Counted from the first letter of the stretch, positions 32,668 through 46,918 are shown. The stretch: DNA of 64,000 bases from an uncultured Holophagales bacterium (GCA_963842525.1 CAWJGT010000003.1:928001-992000); one strand, 5' to 3'. Notes: a model not told the origin generated them from the letters alone. A program made the numbers and translations.

Positions 32668-32790
32668 TGCGTGGTGGGAGCTCTTGGAATGACGCAGACA
32701 GGACGCGTGCGGCGTATCGCAACATCAGGAACCCGGGCAACGAGATCAGGAACCAGGGCTTTCGCGTTCTGCTCCCCGGCGCCCCGAGCT
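32646..32790 (+). repeat. DGR template repeat (TR)
   Basis: 27 adenines, five AAC/AAT codons and an A-free 3' tract. Lies between avd and RT. Confidence 0.95.
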
Positions 32791-32936
32791 CGCGGCAAAA
32801 TGCAATACCGGCCCCGAGCAGGTCCGCCCCCGGCGGTGGGCTTCGGCCCGTCCGCTCACGCCCACCCGTTCCAGTAGCTCCGGAGCAACGGATCGCTCTG
32901 GGACGACCGTCCGGGTGGGCACTTTCTTGACTTGTC

Positions 32937-33945
32937 ATGCGGACTGCTACCGGCCTCTTTCGTGTTCTGTGCGATCCGAGCCACCTCGAACGAGCGGCGG
33001 ATGCGACGGTGCGTGAAAAACGGCGGCGGCCCGATGTCGCGTGGTTTCTTTTTCACCGCGACGAAGAGCTGGCGCGGCTCGGTGCTGACCTCACGGCCGG
33101 CCGATACCACCCCGAACCTCCCAACCTGATCACGATCCGGGACCCCAAGCCGCGCTTGATCGCGCGGGTGCCGATCACCGACCGCGTCGTCCACACCGCA
33201 CTGGTCCTCCTCATGGAGCCTGTTTTCACGCGAAGCCTTTCTCCGGATGCTTATGCGTGCAGGCCCGGCTATGGAACACACCGCGCCGTCTTGCGTCTGC
33301 TGGAGCACATCCGCAAGCATCGTGTTCTCATCCACCTGGATATCAAGAGCTACTTCCCCAGCGTCGATCTCGAGGTGTTGCGCTGTCTACTGCGGCGGCG
33401 GATTCGTGACGAAGCGTTCCTGGCCGTCGTGGATCGGGTGCTGGCTGCGGGGTCGGGGATCTATGACGCGCCGCAAGCTCGGGCTCGCGCGTGCCTTGCT
33501 GCTGACTGGCCGCCTCCCGGCCGCGGCCTGCCGATCGGGGCCTACACCAGCCAGCTCTTCGCGGCTCACGTCTATCTCGGCGAGCTCGACCATTTTGTGA
33601 AAAGAGAGCCTCAAGGTCCCCGGGTATCTCCGTTATGTCGATGATCTGTTCCTTTTTGGTGAACGACGCATAGACCTTAGGCGGTGGCGAGCCGAGGTGG
33701 GGAGCTGGCTGGCGCAGGAGCGGGGCCTGAGGCTGAAGCACCCGGAAGCACGGATCCTATCTTGCCTGGGTCACCTGGATGCGTTGGGATACCGCATTTC
33801 CCGGGAAGGCATTCGGTCGCTGCCACGCACGTTGCGCCGGCTCGGAAGCAGGGTTGCCCAGGAGCTGTGCCGGCCGGCTCGCAGATCACCGTGCGCGGAG
33901 CTTGCGCGCTCTATCGCTGCCTCTGCAGGAGTCGTGTTGTTTTGA
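32937..33945 (+). CDS. DGR reverse transcriptase, +1 frameshift near 33609
   Basis: IRDPKPRLI, DRVVHTAL, YACRPGYGTHRA, LDIKSYFPSVD, GLPIGAYTSQLFA. After removing one C: KVPGYLRYVDDLFLF (YVDD at 33634-33645) and DALGYRI. Confidence 0.92.
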
Positions 33946-33983
33946 GGCGCCGCCCTGGAGCGGATCGTCGCGGGGTTCGCCAA

Positions 33984-34015
33984 GAAATAAAAACGGCGGG
34001 CCCGGAGGCCCGCCG
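33984..34015 (-). terminator. Rho-independent terminator after pnp
   Basis: Minus strand: cggcgggcc-tccg-ggcccgccg followed by tttttatttc. Confidence 0.85.
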
Positions 34016-34040
34016 CTACGGTTCCCGATGAATGTGTGCC

Positions 34041-36296
<2,256 letters not shown>

Positions 36297-36475
36297 AGCT
36301 TTTCTTTTTCCTTGTTTTCGCTTGTCTCTCGTCTGCCTACGTGCCTGCTCGTTGCGGGATCGGCCGTGGCCGGCTTCGGGTTTCGAGGCGGGCCTGGCAG
36401 GATGGAGCAGTCCCGACCCCCTGGTGGGGCAACCCCCAGAGCGCGTCGGGACTCTTCCTGCCGGATCGAGGAGGG

Positions 36476-36745
36476 CTACTTGCGGAGCCCGAGGCGCTCG
36501 ATGGTGGCGCGATAGCGCTCGAGGTCCTGCCCCTTGAGATAGTCGAGCAGGCGGCGGCGGCGGCCCACCAGCTTCAGGAGGCCGCGGCGGCTGTGGTGAT
36601 CCTTCGTATGGGTCTTGAAGTGGCCGGTCAGCTCCGTGATCCGATTGGTCAACAGAGCGACCTGCACTTCCGGCGACCCCGAGTCCGTGTCATGGACCCG
36701 ATACTGTTCGATGATCTGCTTCTTGACTTCCGTGGTTTGCGCCAA
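36476..36745 (-). CDS. rpsO: 30S ribosomal protein S15
   Basis: [26 protein letters not shown] start after AAGGAGGA. Confidence 0.97.
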   Translation of the reverse strand: MAQTTEVKKQIIEQYRVHDTDSGSPEVQVALLTNRITELTGHFKTHTKDHHSRRGLLKLVGRRRRLLDYLKGQDLERYRATIERLGLRK

Positions 36746-36796
36746 AGCAAACTCCTCCTTACATTTCCGGGCGGCATTGTAGCACAAAGATCTAGG

Positions 36797-37723
36797 CTAT
36801 TGTCGAAAGACCACGCGCGGCTGGACGATGCCCACGCCCGCCGTGCCGATGCGCTCGACGACGGTGCCGACCGCGATGAATTCGCGCCGGCGGTTCATCA
36901 GCTTGACCCAATCCCCCTCTTCGCCCGGCAGCTCGCGTACCAGCACGGTCTGGCCGTGGCTGATCCGCTGCTCCTGCTGCGGGTCGGCGGTCACCTCCCC
37001 GAACGGCAGGGGGATCTGGTCGAACGGGATCCAGGCCTCGCCGGGCGTCTGGCCGGCGTCGACCGCCTCCTCCAAGCGGGACAGGGTCACCGCGGATTCG
37101 ACCGGAAAGGTGCCGATCCGGGTGCGGCGCAGGTCCGCCAAGTGGCCGCCCACGCCCAGGACGCCGCCGAGGTCGTGTGCCAGGCCCCGCGCATAGGTGC
37201 CCGAGGAGCAGGCGAGCCGGAAGCGGATGACGCCGTCCTCCAAGTCGCCCAGCGGGGTGAGCTCGAAGACGGTCACCTCCTTGGGCTCGGACGGCACCTC
37301 CTCGCCGCGGCGGGCGAGCTCGTAGTACTTGACCCCCTGCACCTTCTTGGCCGAGTAGGGGGGAGCCTTCTGCTCGATCTCCCCCTCGAAGCGGCGCATC
37401 GCCTCGGCGACCATGTCGCGGGTGAGCGCCGCCACCGCTCCGGCGGGCGCCTCCGCCGTCACCTGCCCGGAGGCGTCGTAGGTGTCGGTGGCCACGCCGA
37501 GCCGGATGGACCCCTCGTAGACCTTGGGGGCGCGGATCAGGAACCGGGTCAGGCGGGTCGCCGTCCCCAGGGTGAGGAGCAGCAACCCCGTGGCGTCCGG
37601 GTCCAGGGTCCCGCAATGCCCGATCTTCTTCTGGCGGAGGATGCGGCGCACCTTCTGCACGACGTCGTGCGAGGTGAAGCCGCCCTCCTTGTCGACCAAC
37701 AGCAGCCCGTCTTTCATCGTCAT
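36797..37723 (-). CDS. truB: tRNA pseudouridine(55) synthase
   Basis: TSHDVV, GHCGTLDPDATG, CSSGTYAR. Confidence 0.95.
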   Translation of the reverse strand: MTMKDGLLLVDKEGGFTSHDVVQKVRRILRQKKIGHCGTLDPDATGLLLLTLGTATRLTRFLIRAPKVYEGSIRLGVATDTYDASGQVTAEAPAGAVAALTRDMVAEAMRRFEGEIEQKAPPYSAKKVQGVKYYELARRGEEVPSEPKEVTVFELTPLGDLEDGVIRFRLACSSGTYARGLAHDLGGVLGVGGHLADLRRTRIGTFPVESAVTLSRLEEAVDAGQTPGEAWIPFDQIPLPFGEVTADPQQEQRISHGQTVLVRELPGEEGDWVKLMNRRREFIAVGTVVERIGTAGVGIVQPRVVFRQ

Positions 37724-37724
37724 G

Positions 37725-38717
37725 CTACGCAGGTGCGGGCTCACCGGGCTGCGACAGGGCGGCGGCGAGCGCCTCGACGACCTGCCGGCGGACTTCCTCG
37801 CCGTCCCCTTCCATCACGAAGCCGGCCGCGTTGCGGTGTCCGCCGCCGCCGTGGTGCCGGGCGATCTTCTCCACGTCCACCTCGCCGCGGCTGCGCAGCG
37901 AGACCTTGTGGGTGCCGTCGTCGCGCTGGCGGATCAGGGCCACGGCCTCGACCCCCGCGACGGAGCGCGGATGGTCGATCAGCCCCTCGGAGTCGCCGGG
38001 GGCGGCCCCGACGCGGGCGAACATCTCGGGCGTCAGGCGGGCCGTGGCGATCCGCCCGTCCTCGTGCACCTCGAGGGTCTGCAGCATCTCGCCGATCAGG
38101 CGGACGACCGCCAGCGGCTGGCTCTCGTAGAGCCACTGCGAGACCTGCTCCGGCTGCGCGCCGTCGCGCACCAGGGCGGCGGCGGCCTCGAAGGCGGCGG
38201 GGGTGGCGTTCGAGAAGCGGAAGCCGCCGGTGTCGGTGACCAGGGTCAGATAGAGGCAGCTCGCCGTTTCGGGCTCCAGGGCCATCTTGAGCCCCTGGGC
38301 CAGCCGGTAGACCATCTCGCCGACGGCCGGCGCCGCGGTGTCGACCCAGTTGACCGCGCCGTAGTGCTGGTTGCCCAGGTGGTGGTCGATGTTGATCACC
38401 GGCCGGGCCGCCAGGTGCTCTTCGAGCCCCGTGCGGTCCGGGCTCGGGCATTCGAGCACGATGATGGCGTCGAACAGGTCGGGGAAGCCGGCCGGCGGCT
38501 CGGCGCCGTTGTGGATCCGGTCGCTGCCGGGCAGCGGCCGGTAGATCGTCGGCGTCTCGTCGCGGTTCCATACCGTGGCGCCCTTACCCATGCGACGCAG
38601 CAGGCGCGCCAGCCCGAGCGCCGAGCCGATGGCGTCGCCGTCCGGGTTGATGTGGCTGGTCAGCAGGAAACGGTTGCCCTGCCGGATTCTCCGCAGCAGG
38701 TCTTCAGGAGCTTTCAT
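37725..38717 (-). CDS. nrnA: DHH-family phosphoesterase (NrnA-like)
   Basis: HINPDGDAIGS, NIDHH, TDTGGF, GGGGH. Confidence 0.88.
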   Translation of the reverse strand: MKAPEDLLRRIRQGNRFLLTSHINPDGDAIGSALGLARLLRRMGKGATVWNRDETPTIYRPLPGSDRIHNGAEPPAGFPDLFDAIIVLECPSPDRTGLEEHLAARPVINIDHHLGNQHYGAVNWVDTAAPAVGEMVYRLAQGLKMALEPETASCLYLTLVTDTGGFRFSNATPAAFEAAAALVRDGAQPEQVSQWLYESQPLAVVRLIGEMLQTLEVHEDGRIATARLTPEMFARVGAAPGDSEGLIDHPRSVAGVEAVALIRQRDDGTHKVSLRSRGEVDVEKIARHHGGGGHRNAAGFVMEGDGEEVRRQVVEALAAALSQPGEPAPA

Positions 38718-39060
38718 CCCGCCCATCGTGCAAGCTCTCCAAGAGGTCTGAGATTCGCTGGCTGTGCTCGGCACCGCGGTCGAGCTCGAAGACGAGCTCG
38801 GGAGTGGCCCGCGTCCGCAGCCGGTGTGCCAGCTCGGTCCGCAGGAACCCCCGTGCGTGGTTCAGGCCCTCGATGGCCCCGAGGCGTTCTTCATCGGTGC
38901 CCAGGACCGAGACCTTGACGATGGCGCGCCGCAGGTCGTGCGTCACGCCCACCTCGCTGACGGTCGCCAGCTTGATGCGCGGATCGTGGACCTCCCGCAG
39001 GAGGAGGTCGGACAGCTCCGCGCGGATGAGGTCGCCGATGCGGTTGTCGCGCCGCTTCAT
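38704..39060 (-). CDS. rbfA: Ribosome-binding factor A
   Basis: DPRIKLATV, ARGFLR, TPELVFELD. Operon context. Confidence 0.95.
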   Translation of the reverse strand: MKRRDNRIGDLIRAELSDLLLREVHDPRIKLATVSEVGVTHDLRRAIVKVSVLGTDEERLGAIEGLNHARGFLRTELAHRLRTRATPELVFELDRGAEHSQRISDLLESLHDGRDESS

Positions 39061-39350
39061 TGCACCCCCTCCAGGATCTGTGGGTCCCAGCGGGTCAACC
39101 AGGCCTCGGGCTCGCTCTCCACGAGGCTCCGGATCTGTTCCATCATGTTCTCCATCTCGCTCTCCCCGTTGGTCACCACCGCCATCGAGATCTCCGCGCG
39201 CTGGTGCAGGTCGTGGAAGCCGGTCTCCGCGATCGAGACCCGCCAGCGCTGGTGGATGCGGTCCACCAGCGATTTCACGACCCGCCGCTTGTCCTTGAGG
39301 CTGCGGCTCGAAGGGAGATGCAGCTCGAAGCTCGAAACTCCGACCACCAT
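39057..39350 (-). CDS. DUF503 (YlxP) protein
   Basis: SLKDKRRVVKSL, between infB and rbfA. Confidence 0.88.
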   Translation of the reverse strand: MVVGVSSFELHLPSSRSLKDKRRVVKSLVDRIHQRWRVSIAETGFHDLHQRAEISMAVVTNGESEMENMMEQIRSLVESEPEAWLTRWDPQILEGVQ

Positions 39351-39427
39351 GGGCTCGTCACAACCCTCTCTACAGGGATTGGAAACCGGGGGAGCCCGCC
39401 GCCGTGGCGAGCCCCCCGCCTCGCGCC

Positions 39428-42299
39428 TTACAGGACCGGCGCGACCTCTTCGCGCTGGTAGGCTTCGATGAAGTCGCCCGGCTTGACGTCCTGGAAACGC
39501 TCGAGGCCGATACCGCAGTCGAAGCCGGTCCGCACCTCGGAGGCGTCGTCCTTGAACCGCCGCAGCGATGCGATCTTGCCCTCGTACACCACCCGGTTGT
39601 CGCGCACCAGACGGACGCCGGCCGTGCGCGAAATGACCCCCTCCACGACGTGGCAGCCGGCGACCGTGCCCACCTTGGGCACCTTGAAGGTGTCGCGCAC
39701 CTCGGCCCGGCCGCTGGCCACCTCCCGGAAGGTCGGCTCGAGCAGGCCGGTCATCGCCTTGCGCAGCTCGTCCAGCAGCTCGTAGATGATCGTGTGCAGC
39801 CGGATGTCGATCCCTTCCTTCTCGGCGAGGTCGGCCGCGCCCCGTTCCGGACGGACGCTGAAGCCGACGATGACCGCGTTGGAGGCCGAGGCGAGCAGCA
39901 CGTCGTTGGTCGAGATCGCGCCCACGCCGGAGTGCAGGACGTTGAGCTTGACCTTGTCGGTCGTGAGCTTGCCCATCGCGTCGCGCAGCACCTCGAGCGA
40001 CCCCTGCACGTCGGCCTTCAGGACCACGTTGCAGCTCCTTGGCCTCACCCTCCTGGATGCGGTTGAAGAGCTGGGCCAGGGAGAGCCGGCCCGGACCCGT
40101 GGTCATCTCGCGGTCGCGGTGCTCCTGGTGGCGGTAGGTGGCGATGCCGCGCGCCTGCGTCTCGTCCTGCACCGCCTGCAGGATGTCGCCGGCGCCGGGC
40201 AGGGTGTCGAAGCCGGTGACCTCGACCGGGGTCGAGGGGCCGGCCTCCTGCACCCGCCGGCCACGGTCGTCGGTCATCGAGCGGACGCGGCCCCAGGTGG
40301 CGCCGGAGACGAAGATGTCGCCGACGTGCAGCGTGCCGTTCTGCACCAGCACGGTGGCCACGATGCCGCGGCCGACTTCCTTGCGCGCCTCGAGGACCGC
40401 GGCCTGGGCCGAGATCTCCGGGTTGGCCTTCAAGTCCAGGATGTCGGCGGTCAGCAGGATCATCTCGAGCAGGTCGGAGATGCCCTCCTTGCGCAGCGCA
40501 GAGATCGGCACCATGACCGTGTCGCCGCCCCAGTCCTCGGGCTGGAGCCCCTGCTCGGAGAGCTCGCGCTTGACCCGGTCGGGGTTGGCGTTGGCCTTGT
40601 CCACCTTGTTGATGGCCACCACGAGCGGCACCTTGGCGGCCTTGGCGTGGTTGATCGCCTCGACCGTCTGCGGCATGACGCCGTCGTCCGCCGCCACGAC
40701 CAGCACGACGATGTCGGTGACCTTGGCGCCGCGGGCGCGCATCATGGTGAACGCCTCGTGGCCGGGGGTGTCGAGGAAGACGACCTGCCGGCCGTTGACG
40801 TCCACGTGATAGGCCGCGATGTGCTGCGTGATGCCGCCGGACTCGCTCTCGGTGAGCTTGGAGGAGCGGATGGCGTCGAGCAGCGAGGTCTTGCCGTGGT
40901 CGACGTGGCCCATGATGGTGACGACCGGTGCGCGGCTGGCGCGGGCGGCCTCGGCCGGCTCGGCGCCCTCCTTGCCGGTCTTGCCGGCCTCCTGCTCCTC
41001 GCGGAGCTGGACCTCCTCCTCGAAGGACACCAGCATGACGTCGACGCCCAGGTCCTTGGCGAGCTGCTCGGCAAGGGGCAGCTCCAGCACCTGGTTGATG
41101 CTGGCCAGGATGCCGCGGTCGAACAGCGACTTCATCAGGTCCTTGGCCTTGACGCCCAGCTTGTCGGCGAACTCGCGGAGCGTCATGCCCTCGCGGATCA
41201 TGATCGGACCGTCGGGCCGGGCCTTCTTGAAAGTCAGGAGCTTGCCGCCCTCCTCGCGGTCCTCCTCCTGCCGGCGCTGGGCACGGCGGGAGCGGCGGCC
41301 GCTGGCGAGCGTGTCGTCCTCCTCCTCCATGGTGTTGAGGGTGCCCTTGTACGCCGTGAGGTCCTCCTCCTCCGCGGGCTTCAAGCCGGGCTTCTTCACG
41401 CCCTTCTTCTTCTTGTCCCGCGCGATCTGCTCCTGGGCCCGTTCGGCCGCACGGCGCTTGAGGTCCTCGGTGGTGAGCGGCGGCGGAGCGCCGGGCCGCC
41501 CGGGCATCGGCGTGCGCTGCTGCATGGGTCCCCCCGGCCGCTGGGGACCGCCGGTGCGGTCACGGTCGAACGGCCGCTGCGTGCCGCCCGGCCGGTCGCC
41601 CGGCCGGTACTGTCCGCCGGGCGCGCCGGGTCCGCCGGCCGGGGGACGCGTCCCCAGGGGCGCGGACGGCCTGCTGGCGCCTACGCGCGGATCGCGTTGC
41701 TCGCGGCCATCACGCCGCGGCGGCGGAGGCGGCGGCATCTCGGGCCGCCGGGTCGGGCTGGGCGCACTGACCTCCGACATCGGTGCCGGAGGCGGCGGGG
41801 GAGATGGAGCCATGGCCTCCGGGTGCGGTGCCTCCAGCACCGCGGCGGCCGGCTGCGGCTGGGCCTGGTGCAGCGGCGCCGGCGCCTCCACGGCCACGGC
41901 CACGGCCGCCGCTTCGACGGGCGGCGGGGCCATGGAGGGTGCCGTCAGGGGGGGCCGCTCGGACATCGGCATGTTCTGAATGCGCGGCTCGACCCTCTGG
42001 ATCAGCGTGCGCGGTCGGTTCGGACGCAGCGGGTTCGCCGTCGGCCGGCGGACCGGAGGCGGGGGCGGTGGACCACCGCTCCGGCGGCGGTCGGGCTGCG
42101 GCGGAGCCTGCTCATCCCGCAAGATGACCTCCCGCGGGTGCGGGAGCTTCTTGCCCAGCAGGATCGCCTGGACGATGTCGGTGTCGATGTGAGCGTCGTC
42201 GCCTTCGACCCGTACTCCGATGGACTTCAACTTGAAGGTGAGGTCCTGGTTGGAGATCCCCATCATCCCCGCGAGGTCCTGGATTCGAATCTTTCCCAT
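39428..42299 (-). CDS. infB: Translation initiation factor IF-2, frameshift near 40032
   Basis: [20 protein letters not shown]. Removing one base restores [15 protein letters not shown] and the C-terminal domains. Confidence 0.96.
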
Positions 42300-42385
42300 A
42301 GTCTTCTTTCGAGCTCCTCTTCAAACCCGGGCCGCCCTGCCCGGCCCCTACGGGCGCAGTCGGCTGCGCCCGCCGGCAAATACTG

Positions 42386-43939
<1,554 letters not shown>

Positions 43940-43970
43940 CTTTTCTTCTTCTTCCTGTTCTTCCTGTCGT

Positions 43971-44465
43971 CTACAGCTCGATCTCCAAGCGAGCCTGGCG
44001 AACGTCCCGCAAGCTCACCTCGCTACGCTCCCCCTTCGGCTCCTCGACCAGCACGGCGCGGGCGTCCTCGTCGGGCGCCCCGTCCGGCCGGTCGAACGAC
44101 TCGAGCCGCGCGACCACGGTCCTCTTCCGGCCCGTCCCGGGGTCTTCCATCGTGACCCGAACCTTCCGCCCCACGAAGCGCTCCCAATCGCGCGCCCGGT
44201 AGAGCTGCCGGTCGAGCCCCGGAGAGGATACCTCCAGGACATAACGGCCCGGACCGAAGTCCACGACGTCGAGGTAGGCCGAGACCTGCTTGGAGACGTG
44301 CTCGCAATCGGAGAGCGTGACGCCCTCCGGCTTGTCGAGAAAGAGCCGCAGGACCCCACCCTTGAGCTCGGCGTGCGCAAGCTCGCAACCGGCGGCCTCC
44401 GCGATCTGCTCGAGCTCGGACCGGAGCTCGTCGAGCCGGCCGGCGCTCTTCCGGGACTGGCTCAT
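43971..44465 (-). CDS. rimP: Ribosome maturation factor RimP
   Basis: DCEHVS, YVLEVSSPGLDR. Confidence 0.95.
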   Translation of the reverse strand: MSQSRKSAGRLDELRSELEQIAEAAGCELAHAELKGGVLRLFLDKPEGVTLSDCEHVSKQVSAYLDVVDFGPGRYVLEVSSPGLDRQLYRARDWERFVGRKVRVTMEDPGTGRKRTVVARLESFDRPDGAPDEDARAVLVEEPKGERSEVSLRDVRQARLEIEL

Positions 44466-44513
44466 CGTCCACCTACCCCTGCGCTGTTCCGCTGACGCCG
44501 TCCTTACCCCACA

Positions 44514-44542
44514 ACAAAAAAAGTGGGCAGGACATGCCCACT
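44514..44542 (-). promoter_or_regulatory. Attenuator-like hairpin in the rimP leader
   Basis: Minus strand: agtgggca-tgtcc-tgcccact followed by a T-run, ~50 nt upstream of rimP. Confidence 0.65.
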
Positions 44543-44706
44543 CCTTACCGACCGGAGCCCGGTCGGGGCAAGCTGGCTGATTGGCATTATAGGGAAGAGT
44601 GGTGAGAACGGCAAGCTGACACCAGCCGGTGTACTAGAATGCGGGTCAACATCTCGCGAGGGGAGGTTGCGCCGCCCCTATCTGTACCACGGCGCGGGAG
44701 GAGCGC

Positions 44707-45324
44707 GTGCTCACACTGACGTACATCGCCTTCGCCGTCCTCGGCTGCGGCTATGTGGCCGTCTCGGCCCTGCTCGGCCACATCGGGGACTCCGGCGACG
44801 GGGGAGCGTACAGCGGCAGCGAGGGGACCCACACCGCGGCCGAGAGCTATGGGGTGGATGGCGGCGGCCATGGCACGGCCGAGGCCGGGGGCGGCGGCGG
44901 CGCAGCCTTCCACTTCCCGTTCTTCTCGCCGCTGGCGGTGGCGACCCTGGTCACCTCGATCGGCGGCTACGGCCTCATCGCCCTGCACGGTCTGAAAGTG
45001 GGGGAGACTTGGAGTCTGCTGATCGCCATCCCGGCCGCCGCCGCCACCACCTATGGGATCACCTACGTCGGCTGGCGGCTGACGAGCAGCTCGCAGCCTT
45101 CGAGCGTCATCCGTCTGGAGCAGATCCGCGGCGCCCAGGGTGAGGTCACCGTGCCCATCCCGCCGGGTGGGGTCGGCGAGGCCCTGGTCATGGTGGGCGG
45201 GCAGCGCTACACAGCCCCGGCCCGCGAACCGGGAGGCGGCGAGGTCCCTCGCGGCGCGGCAGTGGTCGTCGTGGGGATGACCGGGGCGACCCTCATGGTG
45301 AGGGCCGTCACGCAGGAAACGTAA
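44707..45324 (+). CDS. NfeD-like membrane protein
   Basis: TM helices and a C-terminal OB-like domain (GEVTVPIPPGGVGE), upstream of flotillin. Confidence 0.8.
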   Translation: MLTLTYIAFAVLGCGYVAVSALLGHIGDSGDGGAYSGSEGTHTAAESYGVDGGGHGTAEAGGGGGAAFHFPFFSPLAVATLVTSIGGYGLIALHGLKVGETWSLLIAIPAAAATTYGITYVGWRLTSSSQPSSVIRLEQIRGAQGEVTVPIPPGGVGEALVMVGGQRYTAPAREPGGGEVPRGAAVVVVGMTGATLMVRAVTQET

Positions 45325-45346
45325 GACGTTCAAGGAGCATCCGAGC

Positions 45347-46918
45347 ATGGACGGCCTAGGAAACGTTCTGGTCCTATTCGGGGTGGGTGCGATCATCGTG
45401 GGGGTGGTCGGCTACATCGTCACCTACCTCGCCTTCCTGAAAAAGGCGGGGCCCAACGAGGTGATCGTCGTGTCCGGCCGCGGCCAGGTGAAGTTCATCA
45501 CCGGCAGCGCCAAAATGGTTGTCCCCCTGTTCCACACCTGGAACAGGCTGTCGCTGGAGATCATGACGCTCGACGTCACCACCCCGGAGGTCTACACCTC
45601 CCAGGGCGTGCCGATCGCCGTCGACGGTGTAGCGCAGATCAAGATCAAGAAGGACGAGGCTTCGCTCAACGCCGCGGCCGAGCGCTTCCTGGGCATGGCG
45701 CCGGCGGCGATCGCCAAGATCGCCCTCGAGACCGTGCAGGGGCACCTGCGCGGCATCCTCGGCACCCTGACGGTCGAGAACATCTACATGAGCCGCGACC
45801 AGTTCGCGCAAAAGGTGCAGGAGATCTCGGCCGGCGACCTGGCCAACATGGGCCTGGGGATCGACTCCTTCACCATCCGCGACATCCGCGACAAGCACGG
45901 CTACCTGGAGGCCCTGGGCAAGCCGCGGATCGCCGAGGTCAAGCGGGCCGCCTCCGTGGCCGAGGCGGTGGCCGCCAAGGAGGCCGCCATCGCCGCCGCC
46001 GACGCCGAGCGCGAGACCCGCGAGCGGCAGGCCGAGGCGCAGCGCCTGGCCCAGGAGGCCGAGGCCCGCCGCGACGCCGCCGTCGGCGAGGCCAACGCCG
46101 AGCGCATGCGCCGCCAGCAGGAGGCCGAAGCCGGGGCGCGCCGGGCTGCCGAGATCGCCAACTACCAGGCCGCGCAGGCCATCGCCGAGGAGCAGGCCAC
46201 CGCCAACCTCAAGAAGGCCGATGCGGAGATGGCCTACGAGCTGCAGAAGAAGACCATCGAGATCCAGGTCCAGGAGCAGGAGATCAAGCGCAGGGAGAAG
46301 GAGCTGGAGGCCACCATCCGGCGCCAGGCCGACGCCAAGCGCTACGAGATCGAGACCCTGGCCTCGGCGGAGCGGCAGCGGATCGAGACCGGGGCGGCGG
46401 CGGAGCGGATGCGGCTCACCACGGTGGCTGAAGGCGAGAAGGCCCGCGGCCTCGCCGCCGCCGAGGTGACCCAGGCCCAGGGTCTGGCGCAGGCCGAAGC
46501 CGACAAGGCCCGCGGCCTCGCCGAGGCGCAGATCAGGGAGGCGCTGGGCCTGGCCGAAGCCGAGGCGCGCAAGGCCCAGGGCCTCGCCGAGGCGCTGGCC
46601 ATGGAGAAGAAGGCCGAGGCCTGGCGCATGTACAGCGACGCCGCGGTCCTCCAGATCCTCGCCCCGATCCTGCCCGAGATCGCCCGTGCAGTGGCCGAGC
46701 CGCTGGCCAAGATCGACCGCATCACCCTGGTCAACACCGGCAACGGCGACGGCTCCGGCATCGCCAAGATCACCGGCGAGGTCGCCCGCGTGATCGCGCA
46801 GATGCCGCCGGTCGTGGAGTCTCTGACCGGGGTCAAGCTCGAGGAGCTTTTCAGCAGGATCCGGGGGGCCGCTCCGGAGCCGCCGGCCGTGCCCAAGCCG
46901 CCGGATGCGGGAGCCTGA
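45347..46918 (+). CDS. Flotillin (SPFH) protein
   Basis: VYTSQGVPIAVDGVAQIK, GHLRGILGTLTVE, AEA-rich coiled coil. Confidence 0.92.
   Translation: MDGLGNVLVLFGVGAIIVGVVGYIVTYLAFLKKAGPNEVIVVSGRGQVKFITGSAKMVVPLFHTWNRLSLEIMTLDVTTPEVYTSQGVPIAVDGVAQIKIKKDEASLNAAAERFLGMAPAAIAKIALETVQGHLRGILGTLTVENIYMSRDQFAQKVQEISAGDLANMGLGIDSFTIRDIRDKHGYLEALGKPRIAEVKRAASVAEAVAAKEAAIAAADAERETRERQAEAQRLAQEAEARRDAAVGEANAERMRRQQEAEAGARRAAEIANYQAAQAIAEEQATANLKKADAEMAYELQKKTIEIQVQEQEIKRREKELEATIRRQADAKRYEIETLASAERQRIETGAAAERMRLTTVAEGEKARGLAAAEVTQAQGLAQAEADKARGLAEAQIREALGLAEAEARKAQGLAEALAMEKKAEAWRMYSDAAVLQILAPILPEIARAVAEPLAKIDRITLVNTGNGDGSGIAKITGEVARVIAQMPPVVESLTGVKLEELFSRIRGAAPEPPAVPKPPDAGA

Larger units (their letters stand above)
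28050..33945 (+). mobile_element. Diversity-generating retroelement (target, VR, accessory genes, TR, RT)
   Basis: VR/TR pair with adenine-specific mismatches, avd, RT and a CLec-fold target, all co-oriented. Confidence 0.95.

Noticed and set aside
32664-32930. 88-aa ORF as a real gene
   Set aside because: It is the TR read in the VR frame plus the spacer. TRs function as RNA.
32937-33945. Group II intron or retron RT
   Set aside because: About 335 aa with no maturase or endonuclease extension and no recognisable intron domain V or retron VTG motif. avd and the TR/VR pair explain it.
39057-42299. 1080-aa IF-2/DUF503 fusion from the ORF track
   Set aside because: Artefact of the frameshift near 40032. 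The true IF-2 C-terminus is in ORF 39428-40048.
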